DNA from: Verrucomicrobiaceae bacterium
GTDB taxonomy: Bacteria > Verrucomicrobiota > Verrucomicrobiia > Verrucomicrobiales > Akkermansiaceae
Length of the DNA: 64,000 bases
Reading direction: 5' to 3'
NCBI GenBank assembly: GCA_051252135.1
Contig: JBPOGH010000007.1
Location: 64,001-128,000, forward strand
Shown here one piece after another: positions 1-9,288 of this stretch. Below the pieces are notes generated by a model that was not told the origin of the DNA, did no database searches, and worked only from the letters and a program-made list of their open reading frames with translations. The position numbers were made by a program, and so were the translations under genes. The first letter of the stretch is position 1; the number at the start of each line of letters is the position of its first letter.

Positions 1-294
1 GAGGGGGAGTTTGGTGGGGACGAGTGAATCGTCGATCACGATGGTTCCCGAGTTGGCTCCGGAGGGAATGCTGAAAGTAACCGTGTCCGGGGTGACGGCG
101 GTGACATTAGCCGAAGTGCCTTCTACCGAGACGGTGTGGGTGAGGGAGTCATCGAAGATGCCCGATATGGTCACCGTTGTTCCCGGTAGCCCGCTGACAG
201 GCTCCATGGTGGTGAATGTGAGAGCGGAAAGGCTTCCGCTTGTTAGAATCAGGGCAAGCGCGTGCCTGATTTTTGTGGTCAATGTCCCCCTCAT
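1..294 (-). CDS. Secreted IPT/TIG-domain protein, 5' part only (runs off the window)
   Basis: Not in the ORF track. Manual translation from ATG at 294: MRGTLTTKIRHALALILTSGSLSALTFTTMEPVSGLPGTTVTISG...VTAVTPDTVTFSIPSGANSGTIVID, i.e. a signal peptide plus an IPT-like P-x-SG-x-PGTTVTISG motif. Confidence 0.7.
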   Translation of the reverse strand, partial: MRGTLTTKIRHALALILTSGSLSALTFTTMEPVSGLPGTTVTISGIFDDSLTHTVSVEGTSANVTAVTPDTVTFSIPSGANSGTIVIDDSLVPTKLPL

Positions 295-413
295 TGCACC
301 GAGTAAGGTAGGAGGAGGAGGCCCAAGGGGGAAGGGAAAAAGGAAAATGCCTTGGTTGGGGCTGCTTGGTTTTTAGACGGGCAGGAGATCGGGACCTTGG
401 AAGCGATCAGATT

Positions 414-851
414 TTATTGGGTTTTTTCGTCTTTGTGGAGGTGTTCTTTCTCGATGGCTTCGAGAGTTTTGAGCTGTTTTTGCAGTTTGGCGATTTGTCC
501 GCGGGCGGCGAGTTCATCGCGGATTCCCTCGGTATAGGCGATTTCCCAGTATTGGTTGGCGATGTCCGAATCGAGCTCCGACCGGAGAAGTTGAATCCGG
601 GCGGCGATGTCCGGGTTGCTCTTCATCATTTCGAGAAATTTGGCCCAAGCCTTTCCGTTGGGCTTCAGGTGTTCGTTGAGGTAGTCGCGGCTTTCTTCTT
701 TTTCGATGTTATCGATGCGCTCCTGATAGATTTTTGTGAAGTCGTCGACGCGTTTGATTCGGGAGTCGAAGAGGACGTTGAGTTTTTCGGTGATCTCGTC
801 GGCTGAAAGAAGGGAGAGGGAGGTGAGGAAAAGGAGCGTAGCGAGTTTCAT
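414..851 (-). CDS. Hypothetical secreted helical protein (145 aa)
   Basis: Internal ATG at 851 of ORF 414..1169 gives MKLATLLFLTSLSLLSA (signal peptide) followed by charged helical sequence. Confidence 0.65.
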   Translation of the reverse strand: MKLATLLFLTSLSLLSADEITEKLNVLFDSRIKRVDDFTKIYQERIDNIEKEESRDYLNEHLKPNGKAWAKFLEMMKSNPDIAARIQLLRSELDSDIANQYWEIAYTEGIRDELAARGQIAKLQKQLKTLEAIEKEHLHKDEKTQ

Positions 852-912
852 GGGTCCGAGTCTTTCGAGATCGGATTGGAGGTCAATGATCGAGATGGGT
901 AAGGAGGTGTTT

Positions 913-1077
913 CTACCATTCGATTTTAACGCCGAAGGTGGCGTTGAGGCCGGGGGCGTTTTGGCCGGATCCGTGGATGCGGTAGTCCTGGTCGGTGAGG
1001 TTCTCGAGGGCGAGATTGAGCTGGATGTTTTCGGTGGCCTGCATGCCGGCGCAGAGGGAGGTGACGAGGTAGGAGGG
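913..1077 (-). repeat. Displaced copy of the last 165 bp of the TonB-dependent receptor gene (other copy 6446-6610)
   Basis: 156/165 identity by manual alignment; still reads ...PSYLVTSL..GLNATFGVKIEW-stop. Confidence 0.95.
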
Positions 1078-1100
1078 TGCTTTGAGGGGAAGGGAAGGAA

Positions 1101-4100
1101 ATGATGCAGGGGAAAGCCAGCCATCAGGCATCGTGTGATAATAAACCTTGGTATAAGGTGTCTTTTCATTATCGTCCTAATATGATGCTTAAAACGTCAT
1201 ATTTAGGGCAGGAATTTTTGAGTTTTCACGAGGATCAAACTGCCTCGTATTCGCCCAGCGCACGATGGGTTCTTGCATTGTTTCTGAAATTCTCTGTGGG
1301 ATTCTTGATTCTCGCGTCAATGAGCAATTCGGCTTCTGCGAGCAGTCCGTCGATAAATCTCACACAGCTTCCCGATTCGAGGGAGAACGTATCTGATTTT
1401 GTCGTTAGCCCAGACAATACTAGAGTGGTTTACCGAGCTGCTCAAGACACAGCGAGCGTCCATGACATCTACAGTGTTCCGACCGATGGTAGTGCCCCGC
1501 CGGTCAAACTTAGTAGTCCTCCAAGCAAAGGATGGCGTCAATTAACTTTCGAAATCACACCTGACAGCTCACGGGTGGTATTTGCGGGGGAATCCTCTAG
1601 TTCCAAGTTAAGGGACCTTTACAGTGTTCCGCTGGATGGGAGTGCTCCTCCTATTCAACTGAATGATTCTCTGGTGGAAGGATTTGAGGTGGATTCATTC
1701 ACGATCAGTCCGGACGGCGCCTGGGTTGTCTATCGCATTGATCAGGTTTCCGGTTCATCAGCGGGATACTATCGGGTGTCGGTGGATGGCAACGGTGCCC
1801 CCATCGAGCTCAACATTCCTGTTGAAGCGCGTTTCGCGAAAATCCGCATCAGTTCGGATAGTTCCTGGATCGTTTACCAGACCGAAATAAATAAGGCTCT
1901 GCATTCACTGCCCTTGGACACCCCGGCATCGCCCACGGAATTGACCCAAACCGAGGACGGCACATATCTCAGTCATTCGGAGTTGAGCTCAGATGGCACT
2001 CGATTGATTTATACGATTAAGGCTGGGTTTCAGCATGTGAAGGGTGATGAACTGTATAGCGTGCCCATCGACGGGAGTGAACCTCCCACAAGACTAGTGG
2101 GCCCCTTACAAACCGAAGCGAGTATCGATTCGATTCTCATCAGCCCAGATAGTTCGCGAGTGGTCTATTGGGTTTACCAGGGAGTTCCCCCGGGGGTCAA
2201 TTTCGGTCGTAAGGAACTCTACAGTGTTTCGGTGGATGGGAATTCCAGTCCGATCAAGCTCAATGGGCCACTCGTTGAGGGAGGAAGCGTTGAGTCTTTT
2301 GCGATCAGTACAGATAGCACTAGGGTGGTCTATCACGCCGATCAGAATATCGATGGAGTGGAGGAGATTTTCAGTGTTCCCTTGGGTGGTGGCGCATTTC
2401 CGGCAAAGCTGAATGGGGCTTTGGGTGAAGGGAGAAGTGTCGATGCCTACCAGATTAGCGAGGATAGTTCCCAAGTAGTGTATCTTGCAGATCAAGAGAG
2501 AGAGGGAGTTTTTGAGCTCTTCAGCGTCGCTTTGGATGGTAGCTCATCCCCACTTAAGCTCAACGGGCCTCTTGCTGACTGGGAGAATGTTGCTGCCTCC
2601 TTCGCCATCCTTCCGGACAGCTCGGGGGTCGTCTATCATGTTAATCAGGATTTTGATGCCCCCTCTGCTCTCTACAGTGTCGCCTTGGATGGCAGTGAGG
2701 CTCCTGTTCCTCTTGACGCCCCTTCCGTAAATTTGGCCTACAAGAATCAAACCCTGACGGTGAGCGCGGATAGCTCTCGAGTAGTCTTTTTGGCAAGTGA
2801 TAATCTCTACCCTTTATTCGAACTTTTCAGTGCTCCAGTGGATGGAAGTGTTCCTCCGAGCAAGCTCAATGGTCCGCTGGTCAGCTCGACATCGGGAACG
2901 GTAAGCGAGGTCAAGTTCAGCGCGGACGGTTCTTATGTTTTCTATATACTGAGTGCGAATAGACATGTTAATCTCTACGGTGTGCCAGTCAACGGGAGTT
3001 CGGCGCCTTCCAAGATCAATGGTGGTTTGAACTTGGATTCGCAAGCGCAAGTGAACGGATTCTTCGTTAGTCCGGCTGGCTCACGCGTCGTTTATCGCTC
3101 TGATTTGGAGGTTCCGAGCCTTGCCCAACTCTACAGCGCGCCTTTCACTGGCGACGGTCGGATCGCCAAACTCAATGGACCTTTGGTTTCAGAGGCGTAT
3201 TGGGAAAACATTATCGGAGGAAACAACATGCAAACCGTCCGGATTACCCCGGATAGCTCTCAAGTGATCTTTTCCTTCTTCAAACAGCCCTATTTTGGGT
3301 TCTATCCGCCCGAGGAATGGGTGGAATTCTACAGTGCTCCGCTCGATGGGAGTGCGCCTCCAAGACTTCTCTACAGTGTTTCGGAGTTTTCTCTCTTTCC
3401 TGATATCAGTCCAGACAGCTCCCGGCTGGTTTATAGCAACTGTGACGATGACCGATTTTACACGATAGACTTAAACGGTGAGGCACCTCCAATCGACCTT
3501 GGTGAGCACCACTCTGACTACCCACTCACCACAGGCATCAGTCCAGATAGCTCCCGGCTTGTCTATCGCGATGCGTTGGGAAACCTTTATAGTGTGCTGC
3601 TGGATGGCAGTTCCCCCGCGGTTCGACTCAATGCTCGTAATACCGGTAGCGTTCTGGAGCCGACCAGGACCTTGCCTTCATTCGTCATCAGTCCAGACAG
3701 TTCTCTGGTAATCTATCGCGGCGGGCGCGAATGGGACTCTGAAGCATACAGCGTGCCTCTGGATGGCAGCCAGCAACCTCGCCTCATGGAGAACGTGGGA
3801 GATTTTTTCACGATCACCCCGGATAGCTCCCGGGTGGTATATCGTGAAAAATATGAGCATCCGGGGCCTGCGCAACTCTTCAGCGTGCCCTTGGATCTCA
3901 GTACGGCACCAGTCGATCTCACTGGCTCTCTCGCTGCGCAAAAATCGGTAGATTCCACCTTTGTTGTCAGTGCGGACAGCTCGCGGGCGGTCTTTCTCAT
4001 AGGAGATGATCTCTACAGCGTTCGGGTGGATGGGAGCGAGACTGCGGTCAAACTCAGTAGTTTCGGGCCGGTCGATTCTTTCAAGGTTAGTCCGGACAGC

Positions 4101-6260
4101 AGCTACCTAGTCTATGAGGCGGATCGGGAACTCTACAGCGTTCCCTTGAATGGCAGTGAAGAGGCACTCAAGATAAGCGACTATCCCCTCTTGTATCCCC
4201 CCGCGTCGCCGCCGCCGGGTACCTATGAGATCAGCCCTGATAGCTCAAAAGTGATTTACGTCGGTGCCCATCCGGATCAGGGCGCCGACATCTATGTCAA
4301 CTCCATCACAGGCGGACCGATTCCGTTTTATGTCGACGCCTCGGCTCCTCCCGGAGGCAATGGGGTCACCTGGAATTCGGCCTACCAGGACCTACAATCC
4401 GCAATTGCGGCTGCGCCTGCAGGCTGTGAGATTCGTATGGCACAAGGGGTGTATTATCCCGATGAGAAGGGAGGTGAGAACAGTGATGCTCGCGACGCAA
4501 GCTTTGTGCTTGGAGGGGATCTCACTCTCGTGGGTGGCTTTCCGGCCGGAGGGGGTTCCACAATTGATCCTTCACTTTTTCCAACGGTGTTGAGTGGCGA
4601 CATTGAACAATCGGGAATGGCGGAGCAGGGATGCTATCAGGTGGTGAGAGTAGATGATGGGGATGATCTGAGCCTGTCGAAAGTGACTCTTGAAGGTCTT
4701 ACGATCACTGGAGGCTATGCTGACGGGGCTGGCTCTCAAAACGAGGGGGCGGGCATCTGGAATGCTGAGAACCTGAGCCTGATAAACGTGACTTTATCTG
4801 AAAACATTGCGACTGGTTCGGGGGGAGGCATTTTTTCGAACCAAGGCAGTGTCGTCTCGGTGGATCGAGGGGTCTTCGAAGGGAATGCGGCGTTGAATGG
4901 TGGTGCGGCAGCGGTTTTTTCCGAGGCTTCCTTCACAAACTGCGTCTTCAGTGGCAATTCGGCGGAAGAGTCGGGCGGGGCGATCGATGGGGGCGGGGCG
5001 GTGGTAGAGCGATTTTTGCAAACGGGAGATGTGTGGAAGTATTTGGATGACGGGAGTGATCAGGGAGAGGCATGGCGGGAAATGGGATTTGATGACGGTG
5101 AGTGGTTGGAAGGGGCGTCGCAGTTAGGCTATGGTGATGGGGATGAGACGACAGTGATCAATTATGTTGATGTGGATTCGGCGGCGGGAGGAGTGCAGAA
5201 GAATGCCACGACGTATTTTCGGAAACGGGTGATGATTGCCAATCCAAGTGCGTTTGAGGAGTTTGTGATCGATTACCTTTTCGATGATGGAGTGGCGGTT
5301 TATGTGAACGGAGTGGAGAGGGCGCGGCAGAATCTTGCGGATGGGGCGGCTTACGATGAGTATGCCACTGCGCAATCGGACGACAATACAAGGCGGGTTG
5401 TGGTTTTGGGTTCAGCGGATTTTGTCGCGGGGGAGAACGTGATCGCAGCGGAGGTACATCAGAGGAGTGCCGTGAGTTCGGATGTGAGTTTTGATTTGGA
5501 GCTGCGGGGGCGGAGAGTGGTGGATGGTTCCACATCGATTTCGATGACCAACTGCTCGCTTGCGGGGAACTCGGCAGAATTTTCCGGAGGGGCAATCCGG
5601 GGCTCTTTGATCGAGATGACCAATTGTATTGTTTGGGGAAACACGGCGCCGATCTTTGCTGAGATCGAGGGTTCGCTGACAGGCAGGAACAATCTGAACG
5701 AGGGAGAAGCTCAAGCGAGCAATCCACTATTCATCCGGAATCCGGGAACCCTGGCGGCGGACGATTATGGTGATTTGAGGCTTCAGATGAATTCGCCGGC
5801 GTTGGAGTCTGGTCTAAACGAGGCGATTTCCACTCCTGGCGATCTTGCCGATCAGGCTCGCATTGTGGGAACGGTGGATCTTGGGGCTTTCGAGGGGTAT
5901 TATACGACATTTGAGCTTTCAGGATTCTCCGATCCGAATGGGGATGATAATGGAAATGGGATTTCGAATTTCGCAGAGTATGTGCGAGGGGGAGACCCAG
6001 CGGCAGACGATGATCTGGCACTGCTTCCGTTGATCGATTTGAGCGTTCTCAGATTTTCCTCCCGGCCGAATGCGGCTGATGCAGAAATCCGCTACGAGGT
6101 ATCGCGGAGTTTGCTGCCGGGATCCTGGAAGCAGATTGCTGAGGAGAATCTGCCTTTGGAGGTTGTTCCGGTTTCTGTGGACCGGAATGAGGTCATTTTC
6201 ACACTACCAGAGCCGTTCGAGAGGCTCCTGTTCTTCCGACAGCGGATTATTGCCCGGTAG
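1101..6260 (+). CDS. Large surface/secreted protein: about 20 PD40/WD40-like beta-propeller blades, a parallel beta-helix with an inserted jelly-roll domain, and a C-terminal domain ending FFRQRI
   Basis: 1719-aa ORF with 20 copies of a (I/V)SPDSSRVVY...LYSVPLDGS..P.KLNGPL-like repeat and GGAI/FSGNSA beta-helix rungs. Start uncertain (1101, or ATG at 1182/1185). Confidence 0.85.
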   Translation: MMQGKASHQASCDNKPWYKVSFHYRPNMMLKTSYLGQEFLSFHEDQTASYSPSARWVLALFLKFSVGFLILASMSNSASASSPSINLTQLPDSRENVSDFVVSPDNTRVVYRAAQDTASVHDIYSVPTDGSAPPVKLSSPPSKGWRQLTFEITPDSSRVVFAGESSSSKLRDLYSVPLDGSAPPIQLNDSLVEGFEVDSFTISPDGAWVVYRIDQVSGSSAGYYRVSVDGNGAPIELNIPVEARFAKIRISSDSSWIVYQTEINKALHSLPLDTPASPTELTQTEDGTYLSHSELSSDGTRLIYTIKAGFQHVKGDELYSVPIDGSEPPTRLVGPLQTEASIDSILISPDSSRVVYWVYQGVPPGVNFGRKELYSVSVDGNSSPIKLNGPLVEGGSVESFAISTDSTRVVYHADQNIDGVEEIFSVPLGGGAFPAKLNGALGEGRSVDAYQISEDSSQVVYLADQEREGVFELFSVALDGSSSPLKLNGPLADWENVAASFAILPDSSGVVYHVNQDFDAPSALYSVALDGSEAPVPLDAPSVNLAYKNQTLTVSADSSRVVFLASDNLYPLFELFSAPVDGSVPPSKLNGPLVSSTSGTVSEVKFSADGSYVFYILSANRHVNLYGVPVNGSSAPSKINGGLNLDSQAQVNGFFVSPAGSRVVYRSDLEVPSLAQLYSAPFTGDGRIAKLNGPLVSEAYWENIIGGNNMQTVRITPDSSQVIFSFFKQPYFGFYPPEEWVEFYSAPLDGSAPPRLLYSVSEFSLFPDISPDSSRLVYSNCDDDRFYTIDLNGEAPPIDLGEHHSDYPLTTGISPDSSRLVYRDALGNLYSVLLDGSSPAVRLNARNTGSVLEPTRTLPSFVISPDSSLVIYRGGREWDSEAYSVPLDGSQQPRLMENVGDFFTITPDSSRVVYREKYEHPGPAQLFSVPLDLSTAPVDLTGSLAAQKSVDSTFVVSADSSRAVFLIGDDLYSVRVDGSETAVKLSSFGPVDSFKVSPDSSYLVYEADRELYSVPLNGSEEALKISDYPLLYPPASPPPGTYEISPDSSKVIYVGAHPDQGADIYVNSITGGPIPFYVDASAPPGGNGVTWNSAYQDLQSAIAAAPAGCEIRMAQGVYYPDEKGGENSDARDASFVLGGDLTLVGGFPAGGGSTIDPSLFPTVLSGDIEQSGMAEQGCYQVVRVDDGDDLSLSKVTLEGLTITGGYADGAGSQNEGAGIWNAENLSLINVTLSENIATGSGGGIFSNQGSVVSVDRGVFEGNAALNGGAAAVFSEASFTNCVFSGNSAEESGGAIDGGGAVVERFLQTGDVWKYLDDGSDQGEAWREMGFDDGEWLEGASQLGYGDGDETTVINYVDVDSAAGGVQKNATTYFRKRVMIANPSAFEEFVIDYLFDDGVAVYVNGVERARQNLADGAAYDEYATAQSDDNTRRVVVLGSADFVAGENVIAAEVHQRSAVSSDVSFDLELRGRRVVDGSTSISMTNCSLAGNSAEFSGGAIRGSLIEMTNCIVWGNTAPIFAEIEGSLTGRNNLNEGEAQASNPLFIRNPGTLAADDYGDLRLQMNSPALESGLNEAISTPGDLADQARIVGTVDLGAFEGYYTTFELSGFSDPNGDDNGNGISNFAEYVRGGDPAADDDLALLPLIDLSVLRFSSRPNAADAEIRYEVSRSLLPGSWKQIAEENLPLEVVPVSVDRNEVIFTLPEPFERLLFFRQRIIAR

Positions 6261-6445
6261 GTGGCGATGGTGTCAACGGGTAGGCGGGTAGAAAGGGAGT
6301 TGGAGTCGAGAGCAATGGTTTCAGAACTTGTCCGATAATGAGGGACAGAGCGCTGCCGTAACATCTGAAGTACCTAAAAAATACATGGATTGTCGAGGAC
6401 GTAGCTTCCTGAGCCGGAATTATATTTGCAGATTCCCCTAGTTGC

Positions 6446-8500
6446 CTACCACTCGATTCTGACGCCGAAGGTGGCGTTGAGGCCGGGGGCGTTTTGGCCG
6501 GATCCGTGGATGCGGTAGTCCTGGTCGGTGAGGTTTTCGAGGGCGAGGTTGAGCTGGACGTTTTCGGTGGCCTGCATGCCGGTGTAGAGGGAGGTGACCA
6601 GGTAGGAGGGGGTGCCGTTGACGGGGATGCGCTGGGTGTCGTTGGCGGCCTGGTTGGAGAGGTTGTTTTGGTGGGCGGCGGCAAGGATGCGGCCGGAGAC
6701 CCAGAATTTGTCGGATGGATGGGTCCAGGTGAGGGAGGCGGAGGCGGTGAGGGGGTGCATGCGGCGGATGGTGTCTTCAACGATGGGTCCGCCGAGAGTG
6801 GCAGCTTGTTGGGCCTTGCCATCCTGCCAGGCGAGGTGGCCGGCGAGTTGCCAGTCGGAGTGGAAGTTCCAGGCGGCTTCTGCTTCGAGTCCGTAGATGT
6901 ATCCGTCGCTGCCATTGACTGTAATGAGTCCGCCGGTGCCGTCGTCGATGCGGGTGATGGCGTCATCGATGAAGGTGTAGTATCCGGTGAGTCCGTAGGA
7001 GAGTTCGTCATTTGCGAAGCGAGCTCCGAGCTCGGCGGTGAGGAAGGTTTCGGGATCGACGTTTGGCGAGCCGCTGGAGGTGAGGCCATTGAGGGCGAAT
7101 TGAGCGCCGGTGAGGTCGTCAAGATTCGGTGCGCGGAAGGCTTGGGAGAGTCCTCCGAAGAGGGACCAGTGATCGGTGGCTTGGTAGTTTCCGCGGAGGG
7201 AGAGGGAGAGGTTTTCCCAGGATGCGTTGCCGGATTGGTCGGCGGCCGCTCCGGCGGGACGGTAGCCATTCCAGTCGGCTTCGGCGTAGGAGAAGCGGGC
7301 TCCGGCATCGTAGGAAAAGCGGTCTGTTAGATCGCGGGAGAAATTGGCGAAGAGGCCAAGGGAGTGGTAGGTGGAGTCGTCTGCAACGGGTCTGTTAGAG
7401 GGGCGGATGGCGCCGTTCCGGAAGCCGGCGGAGTCGACGACATCGTGGTAGTAATCGGCACCCCAGACGAGGTCGCCTTTTCCGAGAGGTGACTCGGCCT
7501 GGAAGGTGAGGCCGTAGGTGTCGACATCGAGGATTTTGGTATCGGATTGGCCCGAGCCGCGGACCCGGAATTCGGAGTCCTGGGATTTTTGGTAGGAGGT
7601 GGTGAGTTGCCAGCTGTTGAGCCAAGGAGCGGCGGGGTTGGAATCCTCGAGGCGGAGGTAGGTGAGGGCGCGTTCCTGATCGTAGGTGCGCTGGAGGTCG
7701 GTGCCGGCGGTGGTGAAGGAGTTTCCGTGGCGCCAGCCGGGGTTGGCGGTGGTGTTGTGCCAGCGGTTGATATCGTCCTGATTGAGGTAGGTGTGGGCGA
7801 GGGTGAGCGTTTGGGAATCGGAGAGGGCGTATTCGAATTTGAAGTCGAGGGATTGTTCGGCGTAGCCGGTGCCGGTCATGCGGCCGAGGGCGGAGTCCTT
7901 GATGTCCCCGATATTTTTGGAGGAGATTCCGAGCATGAGGCCCCATTCCCGGCCGACTCCGATGGATTGCTCCAGACGGCCGAGGTGGGAACGGGAGTTG
8001 GTATCGAAGCGGTAGGAGGTGGCGCCATTTGAGAAATAGGCATTTTCATCGCGGAAGCCGGAGGATTTGGAGAGGATATTGACGGTGCCGCCGATGGCGT
8101 CGGAGCCGTAGAGGACGGAGCCTTGGGATTTAATGAGCTCGAGGCGGTCGATGGCCTGGGAGTCGAGGGTGTTCCAGTACTGGACGGGGCCGCTGCGCCA
8201 GGTAGAATTGTTGAGGCGGATGCCGTCCTGAAGGAGGAGGGTTTGGCGGCCGTTGAAGCCGCGGATGTAGGGGGAGCCGTGGCCGGGGGTGGTCTGCTGG
8301 ACGAGGACGCCGGGGGTGTCGAGGAAGGCCTGGGGAAGAGTGCGGACGCTTTCGTTCAGGAGATCCCCGGCGGTGATGATTTCGGATGAATAGGGAGCCT
8401 CGGCGCGTTCTTCCTGGGTTCGGCTGGCGGTGACGACGAGGTCGGGGAGGGTGTCCTGGGCAGCCAGGGATAAGGGAAGGAGAAGGATCGATCTGAACAT
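6446..8500 (-). CDS. TonB-dependent outer-membrane receptor
   Basis: ATG at 8500, signal peptide, TonB box DLVVTASR, plug motif IDRLELIKSQGSVLYGSDAIGGTVNI, C-terminal NLTDQDY...IEW. Confidence 0.93.
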   Translation of the reverse strand: MFRSILLLPLSLAAQDTLPDLVVTASRTQEERAEAPYSSEIITAGDLLNESVRTLPQAFLDTPGVLVQQTTPGHGSPYIRGFNGRQTLLLQDGIRLNNSTWRSGPVQYWNTLDSQAIDRLELIKSQGSVLYGSDAIGGTVNILSKSSGFRDENAYFSNGATSYRFDTNSRSHLGRLEQSIGVGREWGLMLGISSKNIGDIKDSALGRMTGTGYAEQSLDFKFEYALSDSQTLTLAHTYLNQDDINRWHNTTANPGWRHGNSFTTAGTDLQRTYDQERALTYLRLEDSNPAAPWLNSWQLTTSYQKSQDSEFRVRGSGQSDTKILDVDTYGLTFQAESPLGKGDLVWGADYYHDVVDSAGFRNGAIRPSNRPVADDSTYHSLGLFANFSRDLTDRFSYDAGARFSYAEADWNGYRPAGAAADQSGNASWENLSLSLRGNYQATDHWSLFGGLSQAFRAPNLDDLTGAQFALNGLTSSGSPNVDPETFLTAELGARFANDELSYGLTGYYTFIDDAITRIDDGTGGLITVNGSDGYIYGLEAEAAWNFHSDWQLAGHLAWQDGKAQQAATLGGPIVEDTIRRMHPLTASASLTWTHPSDKFWVSGRILAAAHQNNLSNQAANDTQRIPVNGTPSYLVTSLYTGMQATENVQLNLALENLTDQDYRIHGSGQNAPGLNATFGVRIEW

Positions 8501-8637
8501 CGGTGCTGGGAACGAATTGATGGGGAGGTTTCTTAGGGGGAAGTTAGGAAGTTTCAAGGGGAAGGGTCGGGGAGGAGAGGTTTCGGGAGAGAGATAAAAA
8601 ACCGTATGCCTCTGATGAGACATACGGTTTGGAAAAT

Positions 8638-9146
8638 TGGAGGCGGAGGCGAGAATTGCCTTCGGCTATGCTGGATTCGCTCGCTGTGCTCGCAGGGTGA
8701 TTCGGTTTCTAGCGAAACCCCGCGTTGAACTGGCCTCGCTGCGGTCGGCAGAGTTTTGCCCTCGTCGCTCTGCTCCTCACGCTCTCTCCGTTCGCTGAGG
8801 CTCTCTCCGGTTTATCCCTCCTCCGCCTTTGGAGAATCGATGTTGAAGAAAAAACCACGTGGCCCAGAAGACACACGTGGTTTTTAAAAAGAATGGAGGC
8901 GGAGGCGAGAATTGCCTTCGGCTATGCTGGATTCGCTCGCGGTGCTCGCGGGGTGATGCGGTTTCTAGCGAAACCCCGCGTTGAACGACTTCGCTACGCT
9001 CAGTAGAGTTTTGCCTTCGTCGCTCTGCTCCTCACGCTATCTCCGTTCGCTGAGGCTCTCTCCGGTTCATCTCTCCTCCGCTTTTGGAGAGGTAATATCC
9101 AATAAAAAACCACGCGCCATTTTTGATGACGCGTGGTTTTGGAAAT
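8638..9146 (-). repeat. Two tandem tRNA-linked repeat units (about 256 and 253 bp), each ending in the 3'-terminal 19 nt of tRNA-Cys
   Basis: tggaggcggaggcgagaat at 8638, 8894 and 9147 (the tRNA). Unit bodies are highly similar; terminator-like hairpins at about 8596-8631, 8849-8886 and 9104-9140. Confidence 0.9.
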
Positions 9147-9221
9147 TGGAGGCGGAGGCGAGAATCGAACTCGCGAATACAGGTTTTGCAAACCCGCGCC
9201 TTACCACTTGGCTACTCCGCC
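9147..9221 (-). tRNA. tRNA-Cys (GCA)
   Basis: Reverse complement GGCGGAGTAGCCAAGTGGTAAGGCGCGGGTTTGCAAAACCTGTATTCGCGAGTTCGATTCTCGCCTCCGCCTCCA: cloverleaf, GCA anticodon, TTCGA T-loop, U73, encoded CCA. Confidence 0.98.
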
Positions 9222-9288
9222 CTGGAGATGGACTGATCTAAGCTTGGGAGCAAAGAGTGTCAACTCTGTCTTGAGTTGAATTAAATTG

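Noticed and set aside
913..6610. Diversity-generating retroelement template/variable repeat pair
   Set aside because: Mismatches are not confined to adenines of one copy, over half are synonymous, and there is no reverse transcriptase in the window.
8501..8600. Cobalamin riboswitch upstream of the TonB receptor
   Set aside because: Short pyrimidine-rich leader with no recognisable B12-box.
8638..9165. CRISPR array of 19-nt repeats
   Set aside because: The repeat is the tRNA 3' end, the intervening 235-bp segments are near-copies of each other, and there are no cas genes.
8638..9221. Prophage or genomic-island att sites at tRNA-Cys
   Set aside because: No integrase or cargo between the copies; an ancient origin from such an element cannot be excluded.
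8725..9241. Short ORFs within the tRNA-linked repeats
   Set aside because: They overlap the tRNA and structured repeats, and the frames are not conserved between units.
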